16,564 bases of DNA from an uncultured Fibrobacterota bacterium (GTDB lineage: Bacteria > Fibrobacterota > Chitinivibrionia > Chitinivibrionales > FEN-1185). A program made the position numbers and the translations under genes. Location of the stretch: positions 1-16,564 of the forward strand of contig CAVWBU010000014.1 in assembly GCA_963753345.1 (NCBI GenBank), given 5' to 3'. Under the pieces are notes generated by a model, which was not told the DNA's origin, ran no database searches, and saw only the letters and a list, made by a program, of their open reading frames with translations. Of the stretch, positions 1 to 8,907 are shown one piece after another; within the stretch, counting starts at the first letter, position 1, and each line of letters begins with the position of its first letter.

Positions 1-838
1 TGGCTTCGGTCCATTCCGGCAGGTGCTTGAGCTTGACGCTCAGGAATCCGCATTGTATCGCGTCAAGACGGCCGTTATATCCTTCCATGTCGTGATAATA
101 TTTCTGGGCCTGGCCGTGGTCGCGCAACTGGCGGCAGACGCGGGCGATTTCGTCGTCGTCGGTGGTTATGGCGCCGCCTTCGCCGAGCGCACCGAGGTTT
201 TTTCCGGGATAAAAGCTGAAGGCAGTTGCCCTGCCCATTGATCCGGCTTTGCACCATTTATTCAGCTTTCTTGAATGATACTCTGCGCCATGTGCCTGGC
301 AGGCATCTTCAAACACCATCAAGTTCCATTGCGCTGCGATTTCAAGAATTGCATCCATGTCTGCCATCTGGCCATATAAATGAACCGGAACGACCGCGGT
401 GACGGGCCGGCCGCTCTTTCTATTTATTGTTTTCCCTGAACCAGCATCCTTTTTGCAAGACGTCTCAAGGAATGCCCGCAATTTTGCAGGATCAAGATTA
501 TAGGTCTTCTCGACAATATCCATGAAAATGATATGCGCTCCGGCCTGGGAAATCGATTCAGTTGTAGCAATAAAAGTATTAGGCACGGTTATCACTTCGT
601 CGCCCGGTTTGATGCCTCCTGCGATATAGGCAAAACGCAGCGCGTCGGTGCCGCTGTTGACCGCGATGCAATGCTTTACTTCGCAGAAACGGGCAAACTC
701 CTCCTCAAAGTTCTTTACCATGGGACCGCCGATATATCCTGCTTTGTCTATGGCCGAACTCAAGACAGCCAGCAATTCGTTTTTGAGCTGTACATGCGGT
801 GTAACCAGGTCGAGAAACGGTATGTTCTGTTGCGTCAT
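1..838 (-). CDS. DegT/DnrJ/EryC1/StrS-family PLP-dependent sugar aminotransferase (3' end outside the window)
   Basis: Absent from the ORF track, so translated by hand from ATG 838. The frame is open to the window edge: MTQQNIPFLDL...VNSGTDAL...GDEVITVPNTFIAT...VPVHLYGQ...EDACQAHGA...FSFYPGKNLG (PLP Lys)...GYNGRLDAIQ. It has an AAGGAG RBS and an ATGA overlap with the upstream stop. Confidence 0.95.
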   Translation of the reverse strand, partial: MTQQNIPFLDLVTPHVQLKNELLAVLSSAIDKAGYIGGPMVKNFEEEFARFCEVKHCIAVNSGTDALRFAYIAGGIKPGDEVITVPNTFIATTESISQAGAHIIFMDIVEKTYNLDPAKLRAFLETSCKKDAGSGKTINRKSGRPVTAVVPVHLYGQMADMDAILEIAAQWNLMVFEDACQAHGAEYHSRKLNKWCKAGSMGRATAFSFYPGKNLGALGEGGAITTDDDEIARVCRQLRDHGQAQKYYHDMEGYNGRLDAIQCGFLSVKLKHLPEWTEA

Positions 839-1308
839 GCTATGCTCCTTAGTCTTCTAGCCGGATTTCCGGCAACAATGGTGTTTGCGGGGACGTCTTT
901 TGTCACAACGCTGCCTGCCCCGACAATGGCATTTTCGCCAATGGTAACGCCGCACAGGATCGTGGCATTCGACCCGATGGATGCGCCTTTCCTGACATAC
1001 GTGGGTACCACGCTCCAGTCCTGCTCGGTTTGCAGACTTCCACCTTTGGTGGCGGAACGGGGATACTTGTCGTTGGTGAACATGACACCATGGCCGACAA
1101 ACACACCGTCTTCGATCACGACGCCCTCGCAGATAAAGCTGTGGCTCTGTATCTTGCAATTGCTGCCGATGGTCGCATTCTTCTGGATCTCCACGAAGGC
1201 GCCTATCTTGGTGTTGTCGCCCACGGTGCAGCCGTATAAGTTGACAAACTTTGATAGCTTGACATTTGCGCCTAGCTTCACATCCGGTGCGATTGAGACG
1301 TATTCCAT
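835..1308 (-). CDS. Hexapeptide-repeat (left-handed beta-helix) sugar N-acetyltransferase, WbpD/WxcM-like
   Basis: Hexapeptide repeats, the HGVMFTNDKYPRS motif and a C-terminal GAGSVVTKDVP...AGNPAR. ATG 1308 is preceded by a GGGAG RBS, so it is preferred over the ORF-track start at 1329. Confidence 0.93.
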   Translation of the reverse strand: MEYVSIAPDVKLGANVKLSKFVNLYGCTVGDNTKIGAFVEIQKNATIGSNCKIQSHSFICEGVVIEDGVFVGHGVMFTNDKYPRSATKGGSLQTEQDWSVVPTYVRKGASIGSNATILCGVTIGENAIVGAGSVVTKDVPANTIVAGNPARRLRSIA

Positions 1309-1358
1309 TAATTCTCCCTTGTTTGGCATCGTACAATCTTTTTCACTTTCTCCATCTC

Positions 1359-1583
1359 ACCCCTTCGGGTATCTCGTTGCGTCGCCCCGGGGGAGCGCCA
1401 CAGCGCAAACGGTCCGGTGCCCCCTCTGGGCGCTAGGGGGCGGGAATCAGCGGGCGCACCTTTCCCCCGTGGGCGGTCCCGCCCTTGAGTCGCATTGGTC
1501 AATCTCGGCCGTGCGCCAGCCGAAATGGCGCGCCGCTCTCTGCTCACTTGTATTGATTCCTCGTTTCGCAAGGAATCAATACA
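1359..1583 (-). ncRNA. Candidate structured cis-regulatory RNA between wzc and the acetyltransferase gene (unassigned family)
   Basis: Dense series of stems: 13-bp perfect 1549-1561/1571-1583; 1506-1518/1526-1535; 1471-1484; 1419-1425/1435-1441 with 1416-1420/1456-1460 as an overlapping alternative; 1375-1411; 1359-1370. There is no credible ORF here. Confidence 0.45.
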
Positions 1584-1888
1584 GCCGTCCCGCGTTGCCA
1601 TTGCCAAGAAAGCCCCTCAGCGCATGGCTCCGTCAGTCATTCTTGGAAAAATGTGTCAGGCTGGCCGCAAGATTGATGTGAATCGCTCCGAGCCGAAACC
1701 AGTCCAGTCTCGACCGGTCGGGGTTGTGCAAACAACCGACAATTGTGCCGCTGGTTCTTGCGTGCCTCTACGGTATGAAATTCTCCTCTGTGTCATTTTC
1801 TTTTGGGGACGCGACGCATCTTCCATAATCATTCGTTTCAGAGCGGCGCTATTCCCAGAAAAGCAACATCGCTTGAGAGTGTTTTGCA

Positions 1889-4270
1889 TTACGCACCATA
1901 TTTTGATCGGTTGTAATAGCGATCCGTCTTTCTTTCTTCGGCAAAATTCAATACATACCCTGTGAGCCGTTTCTCAACCGACGGAAATTCGGCAATCTTC
2001 TTAATGGCATCGCGCACATTGGTTTTTGCCGCTTTTACAACCACAATATATTGCGACACAAGGGGTGCTATGACTGCGGCATCCGAAACCACGCCGATGG
2101 GCGCCGAATCGATGATTATAACTGCGAATTGCTTGGCCAAGGCTTCCTTCAGGGCCGCAAACCGCGTAGAAGCAAGAAACTCGGACGAAGCCGGCGATCC
2201 GCTACCCGCGCTAATGAACGACAGGCTCGGAATGGCTGTTTTTTGAATAAGCGGACCGGCAGTTGCCGAACTGTTCATCCCGGAAAGAGCCAGCGCTTCC
2301 GAAAGTCCCGGAAGTTTTGCGCAGTTGAATGTTTTGTACAGCGTGCCGCGCCTGAGGTCGGCGTCCACGAGTACCGTGCGGATATTCTGGGTCGCGATGA
2401 TTACTGCGAGGTTTGCCGCAATAAATGATTTGCCTGTGCCGCTTTCCATGCTGGTGACACACAGCACCCGCGGACCGGTTTGCTCGGAGGCGAGCATCAC
2501 CTTGGTCCGCAGGAGCCTGAACACTTCGTGCACATACGTGTTGGGAAAGAAATCAGCCACAAGGGTGAGCGCGCCCTCTTCGGGCGGCTGGCCCGCGCCG
2601 GCGCTGTTTGTGACTCGTTTATTGACAGGCGATACTTTAGGGACAATTTCAAAAAACACCTTCCCGGTTTTTTTTCTGAAGTCGTATTCCGTGCGCACGG
2701 TAGGGTCAAAATAGTCGACGAGCAAGGCCGGGCCCGCGGTGACAGCCATGGCAATGACCAGCACTATCAAGAGCAGCTTGATTGGATCGGCAGGCGGCGG
2801 CAGGGGAGGGACCGCGTAGTCCATCACATACGCTTCCGCGACTTCCGCCGCATTGGCGACCTTGGCCTGATTGTAGCGGGAGAGCACCGTGGAATAGATA
2901 TCGGACGCAATCTGCTGACGCCGCTGCAGTTCCGCCAATTGAAGTTCTTTGCTCGGCAGACGCTGCAGCTCGCCTGAAAGCGACTGCATGCTGGACGTCC
3001 TGTTGACAAGCCCGGACTGTGATCCGGCGATAAACCCTTTGAGCGCCGCCATGATGTCTTTTTCAAGATCGTCGATCTTTCTCTGGTTCTCGACACGGAC
3101 CGGATGATCGGCGGCGTAGGTGCGCTGAAGTTCCCGTTGTTCCGCGAGGAGCTGGTTCAATTCGGTCTGAAGGACCGGCGCCGAACTGTTGCCTTTGCCC
3201 GCCAGAAACACCAGCGCCTCGCTTGACACGCGCAGTTTATCGTCAGGTGTCGCGGCCGTCAAACGATTCATAAGGTCCTGAGCGTCGTCGAGGGCCTTCC
3301 GCACGTCATACATGCCGGTTTCCATCTGGGTGAGATTGTTCACCCGCTGGCTTACGTCCTGGGACAACCCGACGGTCGGGTTGGCGGTCCGGAAATTCCG
3401 CAGCGCCTCCTCGGAACCGGAAAAATCGCGCTTCACTGTTTCGAGCTGCTTTTCCAGGGATGCAAGAACGTTCTGGGTCCTTCCCTTTCTGAAGCTGGCG
3501 TTTCTTTCGACAAAAGCGTCGGCAATGGCGTTTGCGATGGAAGCAATGAGCGGATAATCGGTCCCATCCACCGAAATGGCCATATTGAACTGCCGCCTTA
3601 GCGGGTCTGCCTGCTTCACCGACACCCGTTTTAAAACGTCTTCCACAGCTCTTCGTATATCAACGATCTGGAAGGTGAAATTATGGGGGGCGTTTAAAAA
3701 CGAGGGGGAAAGGACGCAGTGGATACCGCCTAGACTGACACGAGGAACCTCGGCAATGTTCCCCTTTAAAACACACATGGGCTTTCGGGCATATTTTCGT
3801 ATCACAGGGATACCGGTGGGGTGGTTATTGAGGTAATTAAGGCCAAACTGCCTTTTATCCGTCTTGTCAATTTTAAAAAAATAGGTGCCGTCGGGAGTGG
3901 TGCTGTCGACCGAAACCGAGTCAAAAATGCTTGACCGGAAATATTTCTTCATGGAAAGCCTGAGTGACAGCCGTGTCACGATGTCTTCCAGAAACGTCCT
4001 GCTCTGGATAAGGTCAGATTGCTCCTGCACAAGGTCACTCACGTCCCGCACAGCGGTCATATCCTGGGTGTTTTCCAGCCCGATAAGGGCCTTGGCCGTA
4101 AGCATCGGCTCTTTGACCGCGACCTTGAAAACGATTATACTTGCAACAGCCAGCGCTATTGGACCGGAAATGATGATATACCATTTCCATCGCCAGAAAA
4201 GGGAAATGTAATGGCCAATGGTCTGGCCTAAATCGCCTTGCTGTGTGCCCTGTAGCCTCGGCAGTTCCAC
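1889..4270 (-). CDS. wzc: Wzc-like polysaccharide co-polymerase / tyrosine autokinase (BY-kinase)
   Basis: 793 aa. N-terminal TM, periplasmic coiled-coil, Pro-rich segment and second TM, then Walker A (SGTGKS), A' (VLVDADLRR), B (IIIDSAP) and a C-terminal Tyr cluster (RYYNRSKY). GTG start 4 nt after the upstream stop. Confidence 0.93.
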   Translation of the reverse strand: MELPRLQGTQQGDLGQTIGHYISLFWRWKWYIIISGPIALAVASIIVFKVAVKEPMLTAKALIGLENTQDMTAVRDVSDLVQEQSDLIQSRTFLEDIVTRLSLRLSMKKYFRSSIFDSVSVDSTTPDGTYFFKIDKTDKRQFGLNYLNNHPTGIPVIRKYARKPMCVLKGNIAEVPRVSLGGIHCVLSPSFLNAPHNFTFQIVDIRRAVEDVLKRVSVKQADPLRRQFNMAISVDGTDYPLIASIANAIADAFVERNASFRKGRTQNVLASLEKQLETVKRDFSGSEEALRNFRTANPTVGLSQDVSQRVNNLTQMETGMYDVRKALDDAQDLMNRLTAATPDDKLRVSSEALVFLAGKGNSSAPVLQTELNQLLAEQRELQRTYAADHPVRVENQRKIDDLEKDIMAALKGFIAGSQSGLVNRTSSMQSLSGELQRLPSKELQLAELQRRQQIASDIYSTVLSRYNQAKVANAAEVAEAYVMDYAVPPLPPPADPIKLLLIVLVIAMAVTAGPALLVDYFDPTVRTEYDFRKKTGKVFFEIVPKVSPVNKRVTNSAGAGQPPEEGALTLVADFFPNTYVHEVFRLLRTKVMLASEQTGPRVLCVTSMESGTGKSFIAANLAVIIATQNIRTVLVDADLRRGTLYKTFNCAKLPGLSEALALSGMNSSATAGPLIQKTAIPSLSFISAGSGSPASSEFLASTRFAALKEALAKQFAVIIIDSAPIGVVSDAAVIAPLVSQYIVVVKAAKTNVRDAIKKIAEFPSVEKRLTGYVLNFAEERKTDRYYNRSKYGA

Positions 4271-4274
4271 TCTG

Positions 4275-5063
4275 TCATCTCCTTCCCGAATATGCCTGGT
4301 ATGAGAAATACAAGGTCGCCACTGCTGACAATGTAGTCACCGAAATACTTAGTATGGGCAAAACACCGGTCTGGAAAATTTCCCATCCGTCGCGCCTCGG
4401 TACGTGCGTCACCCACAACTGGTCGCCGGAGGCGATTCCGATCCTGGAAAGGGATACGCCCGCCTCTATGTCGGGAAGAAGGGTCTCTTTCAAAACGACG
4501 TTACTGCGCTCCCAATGGATTTTTTTGAGCCCGTCTTCCCTAACAGGGCCTCCTGCTTGGGCCAATGCGTCCCAGAGAGAGGACGTTGGACTCAGGTAAT
4601 ACATGCCCGGTCTGAAAAAACCGCCGAGCATCGCAACACGTATAAGTGGCTGGACCCTGACGTTGGGATATCTGAGGTAAGAAAGATATTGGGAATCGAG
4701 AAAAGCCGTTAACTTTTTTTCCGACAAATTGTCGACCCTGACCTTCCCGATTATCGGAAGCAACGCGATGCCTTCGTCGTCTATCTGAAAAATACCATTG
4801 AGAAAATGGGCAGTGTCCGGTGATACGATGAGCCTGAACGCATCCCCTTTCTTAAACGGGAATTGTGCTTCGGCCTGAGAAGCATTAAGGCCAATGGAGC
4901 GATCGAGGCTGACAGTTGCCTGTTTGTGCTCTCCTGATGCGTTGTCCGCCTGGACCACGCTTTGCGCAAACACCCCCGTGCCATAGCCTGTCAATATTAT
5001 GGAAATTTTGATGAGATACAGCGAGGTACGCAACCTTTTGAAACTGAAAAAAGAGAGTTCCAT
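4275..5063 (-). CDS. Wza-like polysaccharide export protein (Poly_export + SLBB domains)
   Basis: Contains F..GD....V, IDDEGIALLPIIGKVRV (Poly_export), and GGFFRPGMY / LWDALAQAGG (SLBB), plus a signal-like N-terminus and a hydrophobic C-terminal helix. It sits directly upstream of wzc. Start is ATG 5063 or TTG 5078. Confidence 0.85.
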   Translation of the reverse strand: MELSFFSFKRLRTSLYLIKISIILTGYGTGVFAQSVVQADNASGEHKQATVSLDRSIGLNASQAEAQFPFKKGDAFRLIVSPDTAHFLNGIFQIDDEGIALLPIIGKVRVDNLSEKKLTAFLDSQYLSYLRYPNVRVQPLIRVAMLGGFFRPGMYYLSPTSSLWDALAQAGGPVREDGLKKIHWERSNVVLKETLLPDIEAGVSLSRIGIASGDQLWVTHVPRRDGWEIFQTGVLPILSISVTTLSAVATLYFSYQAYSGRR

Positions 5064-5371
5064 ATTATTTCCAGACAATGTGTTAGATTGTTTAAAATGT
5101 TAAGCGATGCCCAGCAACCTCGCTTGCTGGATAAGGCAAAAAAATAAATAAAACACCGGCCCCACCGCGAACAATTTAATAAATAGTTATCTGTCCTGCT
5201 ACAAACAGGTTATAATGTTGAGTTCTCAAATGGCAGCTTCGAATTTCCAGTGATATCATGATACTGCACATAATTTAATGGAAGTTCTCCTAAGACAATG
5301 TAAAATTGGAATGAGATAGAAAAGCCCCTAAACCTGCATCACAACGATTTTCAGAGAATTATTTTGAAATC

Positions 5372-5463
5372 AGAGGGGTTGGAACTGGTGTTCCGGCTGG
5401 TCTTCAAAACCAGTGGCGGGCGGATAACACCGTCTGTGGCAGGTTCGATTCCTGCCCTCTCTG
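5372..5463 (+). tRNA. selC: tRNA-Sec (anticodon UCA)
   Basis: D-arm TGGAAC-TGGT-GTTCCG (5380-5395). 6-bp anticodon stem with loop CTTCAAA (TCA at 5404-5406). 8-bp variable arm 5416-5437. T-arm GCAGG-TTCGATT-CCTGC. Acceptor AGAGGGG/CCTCTCT. Adjacent to selA. The 5' end is 5371 or 5372, and CCA is not encoded. Confidence 0.95.
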
Positions 5464-5497
5464 CACGAACGTTCACTTTGGAGCAGGCCCCAGTCCC

Positions 5498-6914
5498 ATG
5501 CGAAAATCGAATGCCCACCTGCAATCGCTTCCCAGTGTCGATTCCGTGCTCAAGAGTTCCGAGGTCGCGCAGCTTGCCGCGGAGCACGGAAGAGCGCTGT
5601 GCGTGTTTGCCGTGCGCGAGGCACTGTCGGCGCTCCGGGCGCGCCTCGCGCGCCTCGCATCCGGCGGCGCCGCCGCAGACGAACGCGAAATCCCTGCGCT
5701 GGTCGCGGCGCTCGTGCGTTCTCTCGCAAGCCCGTCGCTTGTGCGGGTTGTCAACGCAACCGGCGTGATTCTTCACACGAACCTCGGCCGGGCGGTGCTC
5801 GGCGAGACGGTACTCGCCGACATGGCCGACGTTGTTACCGGCTATTCGAATATCGAATTCGATCTGGAAAGCGGCGGCCGCGGCAGCCGAAACCATCATG
5901 TCGCCGCGCTCCTGCGGTTCCTCACGGGCGCGGAGGATGTCCTTGTTGTCAACAACAACGCGGCCGCCATTGTACTTGCGCTGTCGACGCTCGCCGCGGG
6001 CCGCGAGGTGATTGTTTCGCGCGGCGAACTCATCGAGATCGGCGGCGAATTCCGCATTCCCGACATCATGGCCGCATCCGGCTGCACCATGGTGGAGGTG
6101 GGCGCCACCAACCGCACGCGCATTGCCGATTACGAAAAGGCAATCACTCGCAACACGGCCGTCATTTTCAAGGCGCACAAGTCGAACTATGCCATCACCG
6201 GCTTTGTCGAGGAGGCTTCGCTCGAACAATGCGCGGCGCTGGCGAAAAAGAAGCGATTGCCGTTTGTCTATGACCTCGGCTCCGGGCTGCTCCGGAAGGT
6301 GCGCTCCCTGCCCCTCGAGGGCGAGCCCGATGCGGCCTCGTCAATCGCAGCGGGCGCCGACCTCGTCCTTTTCTCGGGCGACAAGCTGCTCGGCGGCCCG
6401 CAGGCGGGCATCATCGCCGGGAAGAAGAAGCTTGTGGCCCGGCTTGCCAAGGCGCCGCTCATGCGCGCCCTGCGCGTGGGGAAGCTCACCATGGCGGCTT
6501 TGTCGTCCGCATGCAGAAGCCATCTCGAGGATGAGTCGCTTGTCAAGAACAACCCCACCTTCGCCATGCTGTCGCGGGACCGCGACGAAATCCGGCAGCG
6601 CGCCGAGCGCGCTTGCGCAGGATGTTGCCGCGCGCGGGATACCGTGTACGGTCGAAGACACGAAGGGCCAGTGCGGCGGCGGCACCCTGCCAGGCCTGCT
6701 TGTCCCGAGCGCTGCCGTGGTGCTTGACAAAAAGGGCCCGCGGGCGGGCGACTCCCTCCGCCTCGTGGCGGCCCGTCTCAGAAGGGCGCGGCCGCCCGTC
6801 GTTGCGGTCCTGCGTGAGGGCCGTCTCGTGTTCGACATGCTCGCGGTCGCGGAGGCCGACCTGCCGCACTGCGCAAAGGCGATCGCCGCGGCGCTCGGGG
6901 CGGGGGAGCCGTGA
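5498..6914 (+). CDS. selA: L-seryl-tRNA(Sec) selenium transferase, with one +1 frameshift near 6608-6611
   Basis: Motifs [53 protein letters not shown] and [13 protein letters not shown] (PLP Lys). The C-terminal domain (GGGTLPG...[15 protein letters not shown]) lies in the 6012..6914 frame. Joined length is 471 aa. Confidence 0.93.
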
Positions 6915-8853
6915 TCCACAGCATCGTGGGGACCGCGGGCCACGTCGACCATGGTAAAACCGCACTTGTCAAGGCCCTCACCGGCATCGACTGCGACACC
7001 CACAAGGAAGAAAAACGGCGCGGCATCACCATCAACCTCGGGTTCGCGCATCTTTCACTCCCGTCGGGCGACACGGTGGGCATCGTGGACGTGCCAGGGC
7101 ACCGCGATTTCGTGCACACCATGGCGGCGGGCGCGCACGGCATCGACGTGGTGCTCATGGTGATCGCGGCCGACGAGGGCGTGATGCCGCAGACCGTTGA
7201 ACACCTGCGCATCTGCGAGGCGCTCGGCATTTCGGCCGGCGTGATCGCCCTCAACAAGGCCGACCTCGTCGACGAACCGGGACTTGCGGCGGCGCGCGCC
7301 CGGCTCGCGGAATTTACAAAAGGGACATTCCTTGACGGCTGCCCTGTGGTGCCTGTGTCGGCGCTTTCCGGGCGGGGGATCCCGGAACTGGTTGCGGCCA
7401 TAGCGGCCGAGGTCACCGCGTCACCCCGTCGAGCCGGAAGCGGCGTATTCCGCATGTACATAGACCGGATCTTTTCGGTGAGCGGGTTCGGCACCGTGGT
7501 GACCGGGTCGGTGATCGGCGGTTCCCTTCGCACCGGCGCCGCGGCATGGCTGCTGCCCGGGGGCAAGGAGCTGCGCGTGCGGCGCATGGAGCGGTACGGT
7601 GCGGAGACCGACGAAGTTGTCGCGGGAGACCGCGCCTCGCTCAATCTGGCGGGTCTTTCCAAAGAGGAATTCCGGCGGGGCATGCTCCTTGCCGACCGGC
7701 CGCTTGCCGAAACGACCCTGCTCGACGCGGCGGTTCGGCTGTTCCCGGGCGTCAAGCCGCTGCCGGTGTGGTCGCAGGCGGAATTCATCATGGGCACTTT
7801 CGAGGCCCAGGCAAAGATCCATCTCATCGACGCCGACAGCCTGTCGCCCGGCACATCGGGCCTTGCCCAGATCCACCTGCCGCTGCCCTGCGTCGCGCAG
7901 GCACAGGACGCGTTCGTGCTGCGCACGAGCTCGGGCGACGCTACCATCGGCGGCGGCACCGTTATCGACCCGCACCCGCTGCACCACCGGCGGCGGCCCG
8001 ACAACCTGGTGCAACAGCTCAGAGAACTTTCGGGCGGAAAACTGCCCATGCTTGCCGCCGCCGAAGCCGCCAAGCATCCGGCCGGCATCGAGCGATTCGC
8101 GCTTGCCGAGGCGCTCAACGTGTCGCCGCAGGACGTGGATGCCATTGACAAAAGCGGATTTCCCGGCGGCATGGTGGCGCTCGCGTCGGAAGAAAAGCGG
8201 TTCTTATATTTCGCCGGCACGCTACGACGAGCTCGCTGCGAAGGCAAAAAAAAACATAGCCGAGTATCATGCCGCCAATCCGCTGCTCGAAACCGGAAGG
8301 ACCGCCGAGGAAATGCAGGGGATTCTGGGCATGGGCGGAGGCGACAACGGCAAAACACGTGTGCCTGCTGCTGCTGGAAAAGCTCGTGCGCGACGGCGCG
8401 CTCGGCCGCGCGGGCCGCACCTACGTGCTGGCGGGCCATTCGGTGAATCTTACCAAAGAGGAACGTGAGCAGTGCCGGATTGTGGAGGATTACATCCTCA
8501 AATGCGGCATGCAGGCGCCTGTTCTTGCGGAGCTCGAGGCGCATGCCAAGCGGGCCGGCATCGAGGGAAAGCGGCTCTCGCATCTGCTCAAGTTCATGTC
8601 GTCGTCACGCGTGCTGTACGCAGTCGAGGGAACGTTCCTGCACGCGTCGGTTGTTGACAAATGCCGTAAAGCCCTCTGCGCTGAGCTGGCGAAGCATCCC
8701 GAAGGGCTCACGGTTGCGCAGTTCCGCGACCTCGTGTCGGGGAACCGCAAGATCTGCCTCATGCTGTACGCGCTGTTTGACGCCGAGGGAACAACCGAGC
8801 GCAGGGGAGACGCGCGGGTGCTTAAGGAACCGCGGGTTGTTGTTGACGCATGA
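6911..8853 (+). CDS. selB: Selenocysteine-specific elongation factor, with two +1 frameshifts (~8200-8222 and ~8352-8355)
   Basis: Motifs [29 protein letters not shown] and [16 protein letters not shown]. It continues in the 7599-frame ([11 protein letters not shown]) and then the 8269-frame to the SECIS-binding winged helix ([10 protein letters not shown]...RRGDAR). Joined length is 646 aa. GTGA overlap with selA. Confidence 0.92.
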
Positions 8854-8859
8854 TATGAT
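8851..8859 (+). promoter_or_regulatory. Possible extended -10 promoter (TGnTATGAT) for the helicase
   Basis: TGATATGAT overlaps the selB stop, 48 nt upstream of the helicase GTG. There is no good -35. Confidence 0.25.
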
Positions 8860-8907
8860 CTATTTTCTTTTACCGTTTCCTTCGCCCTCCATCCTTCGGG
8901 AACCATC

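Noticed and set aside
1381-1430. ZTP or c-di-GMP riboswitch
   Set aside because: Only a partial GGGGAGCG resemblance, on the antisense strand, and the other conserved elements are missing.
533-1681. 382-aa plus-strand ORF
   Set aside because: Antisense shadow of the aminotransferase and acetyltransferase genes, with no recognisable motifs.
5440-5466. Genomic island integrated at selC
   Set aside because: No duplicate of the tRNA 3' end and no integrase were seen, and selA follows immediately.
8246-8254. A9 run as a programmed or phase-variable slippage site in selB
   Set aside because: SelB-like sequence ([16 protein letters not shown]) appears to be in the same frame on both sides of the run, so the shift is probably upstream. 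One slip could not repair both shifts as located.
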